Positions 1 to 10,533 are shown, numbered from the stretch's first letter. The stretch: 64,000 nt of DNA from Sphingomicrobium sp. (GCA_039929125.1 JBDSRV010000073.1:16639-80638), one strand, 5' to 3'. A program made the numbers and translations. The notes: generated from the letters alone by a model not told the origin.

Positions 1-1
1 G

Positions 2-127
2 CCCGGCACCGGGCTCGGCCTCGCCATCGTCCGCGACGTCGCCGAAATTTACGGCGGTAAGGTCGCCCTGACCGAGAGCGAGGATCTTGGCGGGCTGATG
101 GTCACGCTGAGCCTGCCGGTCGCCTGA
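2..127 (+). CDS. 3' end of sensor histidine kinase (HATPase_c), partial
   Basis: Manual translation PGTGLGLAIVRDVAEIYGGKVALTESEDLGGLMVTLSLPVA*; G2 box GxGLGL. Confidence 0.85.
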   Translation, partial: PGTGLGLAIVRDVAEIYGGKVALTESEDLGGLMVTLSLPVA

Positions 128-204
128 CCGCCGGTCGAAAACCGCCTTGCCGATACGACTACCGCTCTTAAGGTCGCCGCCACATCTTCCAGGGAGAATC
201 ACCC

Positions 205-2283
205 GTGCGTAGCCATGCCCTCCTGCTCGCCGGCTCGTGCCTCGCCGCCTGCGCCACCACCCCGCCGGTTCAGCAGGCCGCGACCCCGACTCTGACCGTT
301 ACCCCGGTGACGGTCGCCGCCGCGCCGGTGCCGAAGTTCGCGCCGTGGGGCGTCGACCTCACCGCCGCCGATGCGACGGTCAAGCCGGGCGACGACTTCT
401 TTGAGTTCGTCAACGGCAGCTGGAACAAGCGCACCGACATCGCCCCCGACCGCAGCTTCGCCGGCATCGATTCGGTCCTCAACGACCAGATTGAGAAGGA
501 CGTCCGCTCGATCATCGAGGACCAGGCCGCCGATCCCGTGGCCAATGGCCTGCTCGGCCGCCAGATCGGCGATTTCTACGCCAGCTTCATGGACGAAGGC
601 GCCATCGAGGCCGCCGGCACCGTGCCGCTCGCGCCTTATCTGCAGCGCATTGCCGCGGCCAGCACCCGCTCCGATCTCGCCACCTTGTTCGGCACGCCCG
701 GGTACAACTCCCCGATCGGCATGTTTTTCTCGCCCAACCCCGACGATCCCAACCGCTATGCGGTATTCGCCACCCAGTCCGGGCTGGGCATGCCGGGGCG
801 CGATTATTATTTGCTGCCGGGCGCCAAGTATGACGGCTTCCGCAAGGCCTATCGCGACTATGTGATCAAGGTTCAGACGCTGGCCGGCATCCCCGACGCC
901 GCCGCCAAGGCCGACCGCATCATCGCGCTCGAGACCGCCATCGCCCGAGTCCACTGGACGCCCGAGCGCGCCCGCGACACCAAGGCCACCACCAACCCGA
1001 TGACGCTTGCCCAGCTGAAGGCGTATGCGCCGCAGCTCGACTGGACCCGCTTCCTCGCCGCCCAGGGGCTGACCAATCCGGGCACCATCATCGTCCAGGA
1101 AAAGAGCGCCATCGCCGACGAGGCCAGGCTGGTCGCCAGCCAGCCGATCGGCCTGTGGAAGGATTACCTCGCATATCATTTCGTCAGTGACGCCGCGCCA
1201 TACCTGCCGGCGGCGTTCGACCAGGCGCGGTTCGATTTCTTCTCGAAGACGCTGCGCGATGTACCGACCCAGCGGCCGCGGTGGAAACGCGGGGTCGACC
1301 TCGTCGACGGCGCGCTCGGCGAAGGCGTCGGGCGGATCTATGTCGAGCGCCATTATCCGGCCGAAAGCGACCGCCAGATGGGCGAGCTGATCACGGACAT
1401 CCGTGCATCGCTACACGACAAGATCGAGAACAACAGCTGGATGGATGCGGCGACCAAGAAGGAGGCACTGGTCAAGCTCGCCAGCTTCGACCCGCGCACC
1501 GGCCATCCGGCGAAATACATCGACTATTCGACGTTGGACGTGAAGCGCGGCGACCTGCTCGGCAATGTCATCCGCGCCGGGGAGTTCGAGCAGAAGCGCC
1601 AGTTGTCGCTGTTCCCCAACCCGGTCGACCGCGCCCAGTGGGGCATGCTGCCGCAGACCAACAACGCGTATTACGACCCGTCGACCAACCAGATCACCTT
1701 CCCGGCGGCGATCCTCCAGCCGCCGTATTTCGACCCCGCCGCCGATCCAGCCGCCAATTACGGATCGATTGGCGCGACCATCGGCCATGAAATCGGCCAC
1801 GGCTTCGACGACCAGGGCCGCCTCTACGACGCCACCGGGCGGCTGCGCGACTGGTGGACCCCCGCCAGCGCCAAGGCTTACGGCCTCCACACCACCGTGC
1901 TGGCGCGCCAATATGATGGCTATGAGCCCATCCCGGGCGTCCACATCAAGGGCGAGTTGACGCTGGGCGAGAATATCGGCGACCTTGGCGGGCTGGAGGT
2001 CGCCTACGCCGCGTACCGCCGCTTCATCGCCAAGCATGGCGAGCCGCCGGTCATCGGCGGGCTGAACGGCGACCAGCGCTTCTTCATTGCTTACGGCTAT
2101 TCGTGGCAGACCAAGCAGCGCGAGGGGGTCACCCGCGCCCAATTGCTGACCAACCCGCATTCACCGGCGAAATATCGCGTCAACGGCGTCGTCCGCAACA
2201 TGGCCGAATGGTATAAGGCGTTCAGCGTGCAGCCGGGCGACAAGCTGTACCTGCCGCCCGATCAGCGGGTCACGATCTGGTAA
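205..2283 (+). CDS. M13 family (neprilysin/PepO-like) zinc metallopeptidase, probable lipoprotein
   Basis: VNAYY-like TNNAYY, HEIGH zinc motif, GENIGDLGG; lipobox-like LAAC after hydrophobic N-terminus. Confidence 0.93.
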   Translation: MRSHALLLAGSCLAACATTPPVQQAATPTLTVTPVTVAAAPVPKFAPWGVDLTAADATVKPGDDFFEFVNGSWNKRTDIAPDRSFAGIDSVLNDQIEKDVRSIIEDQAADPVANGLLGRQIGDFYASFMDEGAIEAAGTVPLAPYLQRIAAASTRSDLATLFGTPGYNSPIGMFFSPNPDDPNRYAVFATQSGLGMPGRDYYLLPGAKYDGFRKAYRDYVIKVQTLAGIPDAAAKADRIIALETAIARVHWTPERARDTKATTNPMTLAQLKAYAPQLDWTRFLAAQGLTNPGTIIVQEKSAIADEARLVASQPIGLWKDYLAYHFVSDAAPYLPAAFDQARFDFFSKTLRDVPTQRPRWKRGVDLVDGALGEGVGRIYVERHYPAESDRQMGELITDIRASLHDKIENNSWMDAATKKEALVKLASFDPRTGHPAKYIDYSTLDVKRGDLLGNVIRAGEFEQKRQLSLFPNPVDRAQWGMLPQTNNAYYDPSTNQITFPAAILQPPYFDPAADPAANYGSIGATIGHEIGHGFDDQGRLYDATGRLRDWWTPASAKAYGLHTTVLARQYDGYEPIPGVHIKGELTLGENIGDLGGLEVAYAAYRRFIAKHGEPPVIGGLNGDQRFFIAYGYSWQTKQREGVTRAQLLTNPHSPAKYRVNGVVRNMAEWYKAFSVQPGDKLYLPPDQRVTIW

Positions 2284-4261
2284 GCTCGCCGACCAAGGCG
2301 ACGAGGCTGTCGCTGTCGAATGGCTTCTTGAGGATCGGCGTGTCGGGCGCGGCGAGCGCGATGGCGTCGCTGTCCGAATAGCCGGTGACGATCAGGAAGC
2401 GTACCCCGGCGCGGATGTCGCCGGCGCGGCGGATAATTTCGGCGCCGTCCATGCCCGGCATGGCGAAATCGACCAGCACCAGGTCGAACGCGCGCTGGCC
2501 GATCGCCGCCAGCGCGGTCGGCCCGTCGCTGACCGCGTCGACGATATGCCCCGCCTCCTCAAGCGGGCGGGCGATCGCCGAGCGCACCTCGGCGTCGTCA
2601 TCGACCACCAGCAGACGTAGCGGCGCCGCGGCCGCGCCGGCGTCGCTCGCAGCCCGGGCGGCGCGGCGCTCGGCCCCCCGGCAGCGGCGCAGGCTGAGCG
2701 CCACCGTGGTGCCCCTGCCGGGCGCGCTATCGATCGAAACCTTGCCGCCCGACTGCGCCGCCATGCCGAACACCTGGGCCAGGCCAAGGCCGGTGCCGCT
2801 GCCCTGCGGCTTGGTGGTGAAGAACGGCTCGAACGCCCGGCGGCGCGTATCCTCGTCCATCCCGCTGCCTTCGTCGCGGACCGCGATATGGATTGTGCCG
2901 GCGCCCGGATCGCCATCAGCGCTGACCTCGATGCGGATCAGGCCGCCCGGGGGCGACGCGTCGCGGGCGTTGAGAGTCAGGTTGAGCAAAGCCAGCTCAA
3001 GCTGATTATGATCGCCAAGCGCGCATAGTCCGTCGTCGTCCTGGAGCACTTCGAAGCGGTAGGAATCGCCGACCGACTGGTGGAACAGGCCGGACATTTC
3101 GTCGAGCATGCCGGCGATGTTGATCGGCTCGATCAGCAATTTCTGCCGGCGGGAGAAGGCCAGCAGTTGCGCCGTCAGCTTGCCCGCCCGCTCGGCCGAG
3201 CTCAGCGCCCCCGCCGCCAGGCGTTTGCCACGCGCATCGAGCGTCGGGTTCTTGCCGATGAAGTCGAGCGCGCCGACGATCGGGGTCAGCAGATTGTTGA
3301 AGTCGTGGGCGATGCCGCCGGTCAGCTGGCCGAGCGCCTCGAGCTTTTGCGCCTGCTGCATATGCTCGGTGATCCGCCGTCCCTGCGCGACCTGGCGCAG
3401 CGCGAACCAGATCAGCACCGCGGCGAGCAGCAGCGACAGCAACGCCGCCAGCCCGATCGACGTCAGGAACTGCTGCGCCTTGGTATCGATCGTCGCCGAC
3501 CCCAAGGCGACGTGCGCCGACAGGCCGCTGAACGGCGATCGGGTGAACGCCGTGTAATTTTCGAACCCTTCGAGCGTCACGCCGCGATAGATGCCATGCA
3601 TCGCGGTCGACGCGATTGCGGCGCGAACATATTTCGAACCCGGCGTTGCGAAGCGGGTTTCGGGATCGAGCGAGCGGGCGATGAAGCGGCCGTCGCGGCT
3701 GACCAGCGCGCTGACCTTGTACTGGCTCGTCGACAACGGCAGCAATGCGGTGAACGCCCGCGTGTCGATGATCAGCCTGACCGTCCAGTCGGTGCCGGCG
3801 GGCGAGGCGGCGCGCCGGTCGAGCAGCAGGCACGGGCAGTCCGGGCCGCGCACGAACCCGGCAAGGCGCGGCGTGTCGCCAGGCCTGCCGAGCGTGGGGT
3901 CGAGGATCGGGTAGCTGCCGCCCGAGCCGACCGAGACGAGTGTGCGGCCGGTCACCTGATCGACCAATTCAGCCCCGACCCATCCTTCAAGGCCGCGAAG
4001 CTCCTCTGCGCGGGCGCGGAACCCCGGCACATCACCGCGATGGATCGCGCCCGCGGTCGCCAGCGCGGTCAGCGCCGCCCAGTGGCGCTTCACTTCGCCA
4101 TCGGCGCCCAGCATGATCGATTCGCTCTTGGCCAGCGCCGCGGTTTCAGTCGCGCGCCGTTGCTCGCGCGCGCTGAACGCGCTTTGCAAGGCGAGGAACA
4201 GCAGCAGCGGAACAAGAGCCGCAGCGGCCACCAGCCAAGCCGATCGTCGCAGGCTCTCCAT
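2270..4261 (-). CDS. Hybrid sensor histidine kinase/response regulator
   Basis: Two TM segments around a sensor domain, HDFNNLL H-box, NLTLNARDA N-box, GTGLGL, C-terminal receiver (VVDDD, LVDFAMP, KKPF); start trimmed to ATG 4261. Confidence 0.92.
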   Translation of the reverse strand: MESLRRSAWLVAAAALVPLLLFLALQSAFSAREQRRATETAALAKSESIMLGADGEVKRHWAALTALATAGAIHRGDVPGFRARAEELRGLEGWVGAELVDQVTGRTLVSVGSGGSYPILDPTLGRPGDTPRLAGFVRGPDCPCLLLDRRAASPAGTDWTVRLIIDTRAFTALLPLSTSQYKVSALVSRDGRFIARSLDPETRFATPGSKYVRAAIASTAMHGIYRGVTLEGFENYTAFTRSPFSGLSAHVALGSATIDTKAQQFLTSIGLAALLSLLLAAVLIWFALRQVAQGRRITEHMQQAQKLEALGQLTGGIAHDFNNLLTPIVGALDFIGKNPTLDARGKRLAAGALSSAERAGKLTAQLLAFSRRQKLLIEPINIAGMLDEMSGLFHQSVGDSYRFEVLQDDDGLCALGDHNQLELALLNLTLNARDASPPGGLIRIEVSADGDPGAGTIHIAVRDEGSGMDEDTRRRAFEPFFTTKPQGSGTGLGLAQVFGMAAQSGGKVSIDSAPGRGTTVALSLRRCRGAERRAARAASDAGAAAAPLRLLVVDDDAEVRSAIARPLEEAGHIVDAVSDGPTALAAIGQRAFDLVLVDFAMPGMDGAEIIRRAGDIRAGVRFLIVTGYSDSDAIALAAPDTPILKKPFDSDSLVALVGELTRS

Positions 4262-4359
4262 CGCCCCTCTGTGGCAGCGCGCGGCGCACTCCACAAGCCG
4301 CCGCTCAAGCGCGCACAGCGATGCTTGCCCTCCCGGCCCGCCATGCCTAGTGCATTGGC

Positions 4360-5373
4360 GTGACCGCGACTGTTCATCCGCTCGGCGAGCATCGCGCGCC
4401 TTCGCTCGACCCGTTGGTCGCGCTCGTCGCCGCCGACATGAACGCGGTCAACGCCGTCATCCTCGACCGCATGCAGTCCAAGGTCGCGCTGATCCCCGAG
4501 CTCGCCGGCCACCTCATCGCCGGCGGCGGCAAGCGCTTGCGGCCGATGCTGACGCTGGCGAGCGCGGCGCTGCTCGGTTACCCCGGCACCCGCCACCACC
4601 GGCTCGCCGCCGCGGTCGAGTTCATCCACACCGCCACCCTGCTCCACGACGACGTCGTCGACCTCAGTGAAATGCGCCGCGGCAAGCGCACCGCCAACCT
4701 TATCTGGGGCAATCCGGCGAGCGTCCTGGTCGGCGATTTCCTGTTCAGCCGCGCGTTCGAACTGATGGTCGAGGACGGCAGCCTGAAGGTGCTCAAGATC
4801 CTGTCGGGCGCCAGCGCCGTGATCGCCGAGGGCGAGGTCGACCAATTGACCGCCCAGCGCCAGGTCGAGACCAGCGAGAAACATTACCTCCACATCATCG
4901 GCGCCAAGACCGCGGCGCTGTTCGCCGCCGCCTGCCGCATCGCGCCGGTAGTGGCGGAGGCCGGCGAGGAAGCCGAGGACGCGCTCGAGGCGTTCGGCCG
5001 CAACCTCGGCATCGCCTTCCAGTTGGTCGACGACGCGATCGATTATTCGTCGGACGAAGCGACCATGGGCAAGGGCCGCGGCGACGATTTCCGCGACGGC
5101 AAGATGACCTTGCCCGTGATCCTCGCCCACGCCCGCGGCTCGGAGGCCGAGCGCGCCTTCTGGGCCGCGGCGATGCAGGGCGAGCGCACCAGCGACGACG
5201 ACCTCGCTCACGCCACCCGCCTGATCCGCTCGACCGGGGCGCTGGCCGACACCATGGAACGCGCCCGCCATTACGGCCGGCGCGCGGTCGACGCCCTCGC
5301 CGCTTTCCCGGCCGGCCGCGCCCGTTCGGCGATGACCGAAGCGGTCGAATTCGCGGTCTCGAGAGCGTTTTGA
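4360..5373 (+). CDS. ispB: Long-chain polyprenyl diphosphate synthase
   Basis: GGKRLRP, LLHDDVVD and QLVDDAID aspartate-rich motifs. Confidence 0.9.
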   Translation: MTATVHPLGEHRAPSLDPLVALVAADMNAVNAVILDRMQSKVALIPELAGHLIAGGGKRLRPMLTLASAALLGYPGTRHHRLAAAVEFIHTATLLHDDVVDLSEMRRGKRTANLIWGNPASVLVGDFLFSRAFELMVEDGSLKVLKILSGASAVIAEGEVDQLTAQRQVETSEKHYLHIIGAKTAALFAAACRIAPVVAEAGEEAEDALEAFGRNLGIAFQLVDDAIDYSSDEATMGKGRGDDFRDGKMTLPVILAHARGSEAERAFWAAAMQGERTSDDDLAHATRLIRSTGALADTMERARHYGRRAVDALAAFPAGRARSAMTEAVEFAVSRAF

Positions 5374-5374
5374 T

Positions 5375-6385
5375 TTGAAGGACGACCTCGACTGGCTGCT
5401 GCCCAGCGCGCTGCTGACCTTCGGGCTCGGGTTCGTCGCGATGATCGGCATTTCGCCGCTCAAGGGAAGCCCGGACCTGTGGCTTCCGCTGTGGAGCTGG
5501 ACGGCCTTTGGCGGGGTTTTCCTGATCCTGTGGTCGGCGGTTTACCTCGTCGTCCTGGCGGTCAAGGGCGTGCGCTCGCCGGCGCGCGCGTTCGCCGACC
5601 GTGCCAGGCAATTGCGCGCGCGCTGGCCAGCGGTCGCCGCGGGCATCGCGCTGGCCGGGCTCGACCTCTATTTCTTCATGTGGCTCAAGCCGCAGTTGAA
5701 CGCGGTTGAGCCGTTCTGGGCGGACTCGCGGCTGGCGGGCCTCGGCAAATTCCTGTTCGGCCAGGATGCGTGGCGCTTCCTCACCTTCCTGCTCCACGAA
5801 TGGGTCGGCATTCTGTACACGCCGGTGTGGTTCATCGCGTTGGTGGCGACGCTTTATTACGTCCTGCTGAAATCACCGTCCGAGCGCCGCTCCCGGCTGA
5901 TGATCACCTACTTCCTGCTGTGGTCGCTGTTCGGGCCGCTCGGCCAATATCTGCTGCCGTCGGGCGGGCCGATCTTTTACGAACGCATCTATGGCAATCA
6001 CCGCTACGACGATTTGATGGTGCAGCTGCCGCGCGTCACCCGGCTCGCGTCCGATTATTTGTGGGACGCCTATCAGCGCAAGGTGCTGGTCTATGGCGCG
6101 GGCATTTCGGCCATGCCGTCGCTCCATGATGCGTCGGTGACGTGGGCGATCATCGCCTTCAACCGCGAGCATTGGGCCCTGCGCCTGGTCGTGTGGGTGT
6201 TCGCTTCGTTCGTCCTCCTGTCCTCGGTTGCGCTGGGCTGGCATTTCTCGGCCGATGGAATCGTCGCGGTGGTCGGAACCATCCTTTGCTACTGGCTGTC
6301 TGATCCGATCCGCAGGCTCGCCGCCCGACTAGCCGGCGTCAAGACTCGCCAGGCGACTGCAACATGGAAGGAAAGTGCGGCATGA
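5375..6385 (+). CDS. PAP2-superfamily membrane protein (Aur1/IPC-synthase-like subfamily)
   Basis: Multiple TM helices, PSGGP, AMPSLH and WHFSADG motifs; TTG start; stop overlaps gnd start. Confidence 0.75.
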   Translation: MKDDLDWLLPSALLTFGLGFVAMIGISPLKGSPDLWLPLWSWTAFGGVFLILWSAVYLVVLAVKGVRSPARAFADRARQLRARWPAVAAGIALAGLDLYFFMWLKPQLNAVEPFWADSRLAGLGKFLFGQDAWRFLTFLLHEWVGILYTPVWFIALVATLYYVLLKSPSERRSRLMITYFLLWSLFGPLGQYLLPSGGPIFYERIYGNHRYDDLMVQLPRVTRLASDYLWDAYQRKVLVYGAGISAMPSLHDASVTWAIIAFNREHWALRLVVWVFASFVLLSSVALGWHFSADGIVAVVGTILCYWLSDPIRRLAARLAGVKTRQATATWKESAA

Positions 6386-7365
6386 AGATCGGGATGATCG
6401 GGCTTGGCCGGATGGGCGCCAACATGGCGCGGCGGCTGATGCGCGGCGGGCACCATATCGTCGCCTATGACCGCGACGACGCGGCGGTCGCCGACGTCGT
6501 CAAGGACGGCGCCACCGGCGCGACGTCGCTCGCCGAAGTCGCGGCCAACCTCGATTCGCCGGGCGTGTGGTGGGTAATGCTCCCGGCCGGCGCCGTGACC
6601 GAGGGCGTGATCGGCGACATCGCCGCCATCGCCAAGTCCGGCGACATGATCGTTGATGGCGGCAACAGCTTCTGGAAGGACGACATCCGCCGCGCCAAGG
6701 CGCTCGCCGAAAAAGGCCTCCATTATCTCGACGTCGGCGTGTCGGGCGGGGTGTGGGGCCTCGATCGCGGATATTGCATGATGATCGGCGGTCCGCTGGA
6801 GGCGGTAGCTGCGCTCGACCCGGTGTTCATCACCCTGGCGCCCGGTCTCGGCAGCATCCCGCGCACCGTCAATCAGCGCGTCAAGGCGGGCGAGTGGCGC
6901 GCCGAAAACGGCTATGTCCACGCCGGTCCCGCCGGGTCGGGCCACTTCGTCAAGATGGTCCACAACGGCATCGAATATGGCATGATGCAAAGCTATGCCG
7001 AGGGCTTCGACGTGCTTCGCCAGCGCTCGCTCGACACCTTGCCCGAACACGAGCAATTCGATTTGAACCTGTCCGACGTCGCCGAAGTGTGGCGCCGCGG
7101 CAGCGTCATTTCGTCATGGCTGCTCGATCTCATCGCCTCGGCCCTGGCGCAGGACGACAAGCTCCAGCAATTCTCCGGCCGGGTCGCGGATTCGGGCGAA
7201 GGCCGCTGGACGATCGACGCGGCGATGGAAGAATCCGTGCCGGTCGACGTCCTCGCCGCTTCTTTGTTCGCGCGCTACCGCAGCCGCATCGAGGAAAGCT
7301 TCGCCGACCAATTGCTGTCGGCGATGCGCTACGGCTTCGGCGGCCACGTCGAGATGCCGCAATAG
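6382..7365 (+). CDS. gnd: 6-phosphogluconate dehydrogenase (decarboxylating, short form)
   Basis: IGLGRMG Rossmann motif, VDGGNS, GHFVKMVHNGIEYG, DSGEGRW. Confidence 0.93.
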   Translation: MKIGMIGLGRMGANMARRLMRGGHHIVAYDRDDAAVADVVKDGATGATSLAEVAANLDSPGVWWVMLPAGAVTEGVIGDIAAIAKSGDMIVDGGNSFWKDDIRRAKALAEKGLHYLDVGVSGGVWGLDRGYCMMIGGPLEAVAALDPVFITLAPGLGSIPRTVNQRVKAGEWRAENGYVHAGPAGSGHFVKMVHNGIEYGMMQSYAEGFDVLRQRSLDTLPEHEQFDLNLSDVAEVWRRGSVISSWLLDLIASALAQDDKLQQFSGRVADSGEGRWTIDAAMEESVPVDVLAASLFARYRSRIEESFADQLLSAMRYGFGGHVEMPQ

Positions 7366-7367
7366 GC

Positions 7368-7973
7368 CTAGTTCACGGGCACCATCAGGTGCGCGTAGGG
7401 CGTTCCGCCGAACATCACCGACGGCGCCTTGGTATCGGGCGCGTCGCCGCCTTTGAACTGGGCGTTCAGTGTCGGCGCGTTGAGCACCATGACGTGCGGC
7501 CCGGTGCGGATCCAATCCGTGCCCGCGGCCGGGGTCTTGGCCGCCGGGTCGGTGTTGCTGGCGTCGATCCCGCCGGCCAGCATATAGGCCAGGCCAACGC
7601 CTTCCGGCGGGGTCTTGCCGCTCATCCACGCCATCGCCCATTTGACGGCATTGCCGTCAAGACACATTGGGTCCGGGCCCGGGGTCGCGGGATTGTCGGG
7701 CATGCAGGTCCAGCCGTTGGTGCCCGCGCGCAAGGACTTCATCGTCCCGTCGGCCTGCGGCGCGACGATCGCGGCGGCGCTGGCGATCGAGGCCGGCCCG
7801 GCCGACATCGCACTGGCGACCGGGTCGCTTGGCGCGGCGGCAGGCGTCGCGGTTGCGGGCGCGGCGGCATTGGCCTCGGGCGCCGCGGCGGGCGCATCGG
7901 GTTTCTTTTCGCAGGCGGCAAGCGTGACGAGGCTTGCGGTCACCATCAGGATCATCGAACGACGCATAGTCAT
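7368..7973 (-). CDS. Hypothetical lipoprotein with Ala/Pro-rich linker
   Basis: RBS GGAGG, MTMRRSMILMVTASLVTLAAC lipobox; 3' part of the spurious 692-aa track ORF. Confidence 0.75.
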   Translation of the reverse strand: MTMRRSMILMVTASLVTLAACEKKPDAPAAAPEANAAAPATATPAAAPSDPVASAMSAGPASIASAAAIVAPQADGTMKSLRAGTNGWTCMPDNPATPGPDPMCLDGNAVKWAMAWMSGKTPPEGVGLAYMLAGGIDASNTDPAAKTPAAGTDWIRTGPHVMVLNAPTLNAQFKGGDAPDTKAPSVMFGGTPYAHLMVPVN

Positions 7974-8048
7974 AAAGCCCTCCATTCCCTGTCGAGACCC
8001 GGGATATAGCATGTTGCACATCAACTTTCCCGCGGATTTTAGCGGCCG

Positions 8049-10502
8049 GTGAGTCCCGGCGCGCCCTTGCCGATCGACGAGGTCTTGCCCGACTTGCTGG
8101 CCGCGCTGCGCACCGGCCCTCGGGCGCTGCTGGTGGCGCCGCCGGGCGCGGGCAAGACGACCCGGGTTGCCCCGGCCTTGCTCGCCGAGCCTTGGTGCGC
8201 AGGCCAAGTCCTGCTGCTCGTCCCCCGCCGTCTCGCCGCCCGCGCGGCGGCCGAGTTTATGGCGCGCGAGGCCGGCGAAGCGGCGGGCGCCACGATCGGC
8301 TACCAGACACGGCTCGACAGCAAGGTCGGCAAGGCGACGCGGGTCATCGCCATGACCCACGGCGTGTTCCTCGCCCGGCTTCAGGCCGACCCCGAACTGG
8401 CCGGCGTTTCGGCGGTGCTGTTCGACGAGGTCCATGAGCGCAGCCTCGACAACGACCTCGCGCTGGCCCTCGCGCTCGACGCCGCGGCCGAGCTTCGTCC
8501 CGACCTCAGGATCCTCGCCATGTCGGCGACCCTCGACGGGGAGCGGTTCGCGCGCCTGCTCGGCGATCCCCCGCGCATCGTCAGCGAAGGCAAGAGCTTC
8601 CCGCTGACCCTGGTCCAGGCCGGCCGCGACCCGGCGGCGCGGATCGAGCCGCAGATGGCCGCCGCCATCCGCCGCGCGCTCGGCGACCACGACGGCTCCT
8701 TGCTCGCCTTCCTCCCTGGAGTCGCCGAGATCGAGCGTACCGCCGAAGCGCTTGGCGCCCTGCCGCCGGGGGTGGTGTTGCACAAGCTTCACGGCGGCAT
8801 CGACCCCGCCGCCCAGCGCGCCGCGCTGGCCCCACCCGCGCCGGGAACGCGCAAGCTGGTGCTGGCGTCGTCGATCGCCGAGACCAGCCTGACCCTCGAC
8901 GACGTCCGCATCGTCGTCGATTCGGGCCTCGCCCGGCGTCCTCGCTACGAGCGCGGCGCCGGCCTCACCCGACTGGTCACCGAGCGCGCCAGCCGCGCCG
9001 CCGCCACCCAGCGCGCCGGTCGGGCCGCGCGCCAGGGGCCGGGCGTCGCCATCCGTTTGTGGGAGGAAGCCGCCAACGCCGCTTTGCTCGCCCACGACCC
9101 GCCCGAAATCCTCGACGCCGATCTGTCGAGCTTGGCGCTGACCTGCTTGCTGTGGGGCGAGGCCAACGCGGCGCGACTGCCTTTCCTCGATCCGCCGCCC
9201 GCCGCCGCGCTGGCCGAAGCGCGCGAGCGGCTGACCCGGCTCGGCGCGCTCGACGAGGATGGCCGCCTGACCGCCCACGGCCGCGCCATCGCCGCCATCC
9301 CGCTCGACCCGAGCCTCGCCCACATGCTGATCGAGGCAAAGGCTCGCGGCTTCGCCCGGTCCGCCGCCGACGCCGCCGTCCTCCTCACCGAGCGCGGGCT
9401 TGGCGGCAACGACCCCGACCTCGAGCTCCGTCACCGCCGCTGGCACAGCGAACGCGGCCCCCGCGCCGAAGGGGCCAGACGGATGGCCGCGCGCTGGGCA
9501 GGCTCATCGGCCCCTGACGTAAACATAAACCAGAGCCACCTCGATCTTGCCATCGCCCTCGCCTTCCCTGAACGCCTCTCCCGCCGCCGCGATTCATCGG
9601 GCGAGCAGTGGCAATCGGTTGGCGGTCGCGGCTTCCGCCTCGATCCCGCCAGCCCCCTCGCCCGCAGCGAATGGCTGGCGGTGGCCGAAGTCGCCGGCGC
9701 TGCGTCTGGCGCGCGCATCCTGTCCGCCGCGGCGATCACGCTGGGCGACATCGAAAGCCTGTTCGGCGACCGCATCGAGGCGTTCCGCGAGGTGCGCTTC
9801 GACCCCGCCAGCGGCGCGATGACCGCCACGCGCGGCCGCCGCCTCGGCGCCATCCGCCTGTCCTCCGCGCCCGACCCGAAACCCGACGCGGCGGCGATCG
9901 AGGCCGGGTTGATCGAGGCCGTCCGCCGCCACGGCCTCGCCGTCCTGCCATGGCCCGGCAGCGCCGCCGCGCTGCGCCAGCGCGCCGCCTTCGCCAGGGT
10001 TCATGACGATACGATCGAAGACCTATCGGATGCCGCGCTGATCGCCCGCCTCGACCAATGGCTCTCCCCGCTCGTCGCCGGCAAGCGCCGCCTCGACGCG
10101 ATCGACCCCGGCGCCCTCCGCCACGCGCTCGACGCTTTGCTCGGTTATGACGGGCAGCGCGCGGTCGATCGCCTCGCCCCGACCCACTTCACCTCGCCCG
10201 CCGGATCGGCCCACCCGATCGACTATGCCGCGCCCGGCGGCCCGGCCGTCGAAGTCCGCGCCCAGGCGCTATACGGCCTCAAGGCACATCCCATGGTCGG
10301 CGGCGGGCGGGTGCCGCTGACGCTGGCGATCACCTCGCCCGCCCACCGCCCGATCCAGACCACCAGGGATCTTCCCGCTTTCTGGGCCGGCAGCTGGCGC
10401 GACGTCGCCAAGGACATGCGCGGCCGCTACCCCAAGCATCCGTGGCCCGACGACCCCGCCGCCGCCCCGCCGACGCTGAGGACGAAGCGCGCCGGGCCTT
10501 GA
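8049..10502 (+). CDS. hrpB: ATP-dependent helicase HrpB
   Basis: PPGAGKTT, FDEVHER, MSAT, QRAGRAAR; C-terminal FWAGSWRDVAKDMRGRYPKHPWP. Confidence 0.95.
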   Translation: MSPGAPLPIDEVLPDLLAALRTGPRALLVAPPGAGKTTRVAPALLAEPWCAGQVLLLVPRRLAARAAAEFMAREAGEAAGATIGYQTRLDSKVGKATRVIAMTHGVFLARLQADPELAGVSAVLFDEVHERSLDNDLALALALDAAAELRPDLRILAMSATLDGERFARLLGDPPRIVSEGKSFPLTLVQAGRDPAARIEPQMAAAIRRALGDHDGSLLAFLPGVAEIERTAEALGALPPGVVLHKLHGGIDPAAQRAALAPPAPGTRKLVLASSIAETSLTLDDVRIVVDSGLARRPRYERGAGLTRLVTERASRAAATQRAGRAARQGPGVAIRLWEEAANAALLAHDPPEILDADLSSLALTCLLWGEANAARLPFLDPPPAAALAEARERLTRLGALDEDGRLTAHGRAIAAIPLDPSLAHMLIEAKARGFARSAADAAVLLTERGLGGNDPDLELRHRRWHSERGPRAEGARRMAARWAGSSAPDVNINQSHLDLAIALAFPERLSRRRDSSGEQWQSVGGRGFRLDPASPLARSEWLAVAEVAGAASGARILSAAAITLGDIESLFGDRIEAFREVRFDPASGAMTATRGRRLGAIRLSSAPDPKPDAAAIEAGLIEAVRRHGLAVLPWPGSAAALRQRAAFARVHDDTIEDLSDAALIARLDQWLSPLVAGKRRLDAIDPGALRHALDALLGYDGQRAVDRLAPTHFTSPAGSAHPIDYAAPGGPAVEVRAQALYGLKAHPMVGGGRVPLTLAITSPAHRPIQTTRDLPAFWAGSWRDVAKDMRGRYPKHPWPDDPAAAPPTLRTKRAGP

Positions 10503-10533
10503 TTTGGCGCCGCGCCTGCGCCATCGCCGCGCC

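Noticed and set aside
7990-8030. FNR/FixK box upstream of the lipoprotein gene (TTGATGTGCAACAT)
   Set aside because: The right half-site matches poorly; a palindrome ATGT-TGC-ACAT exists but is too short to support a call.
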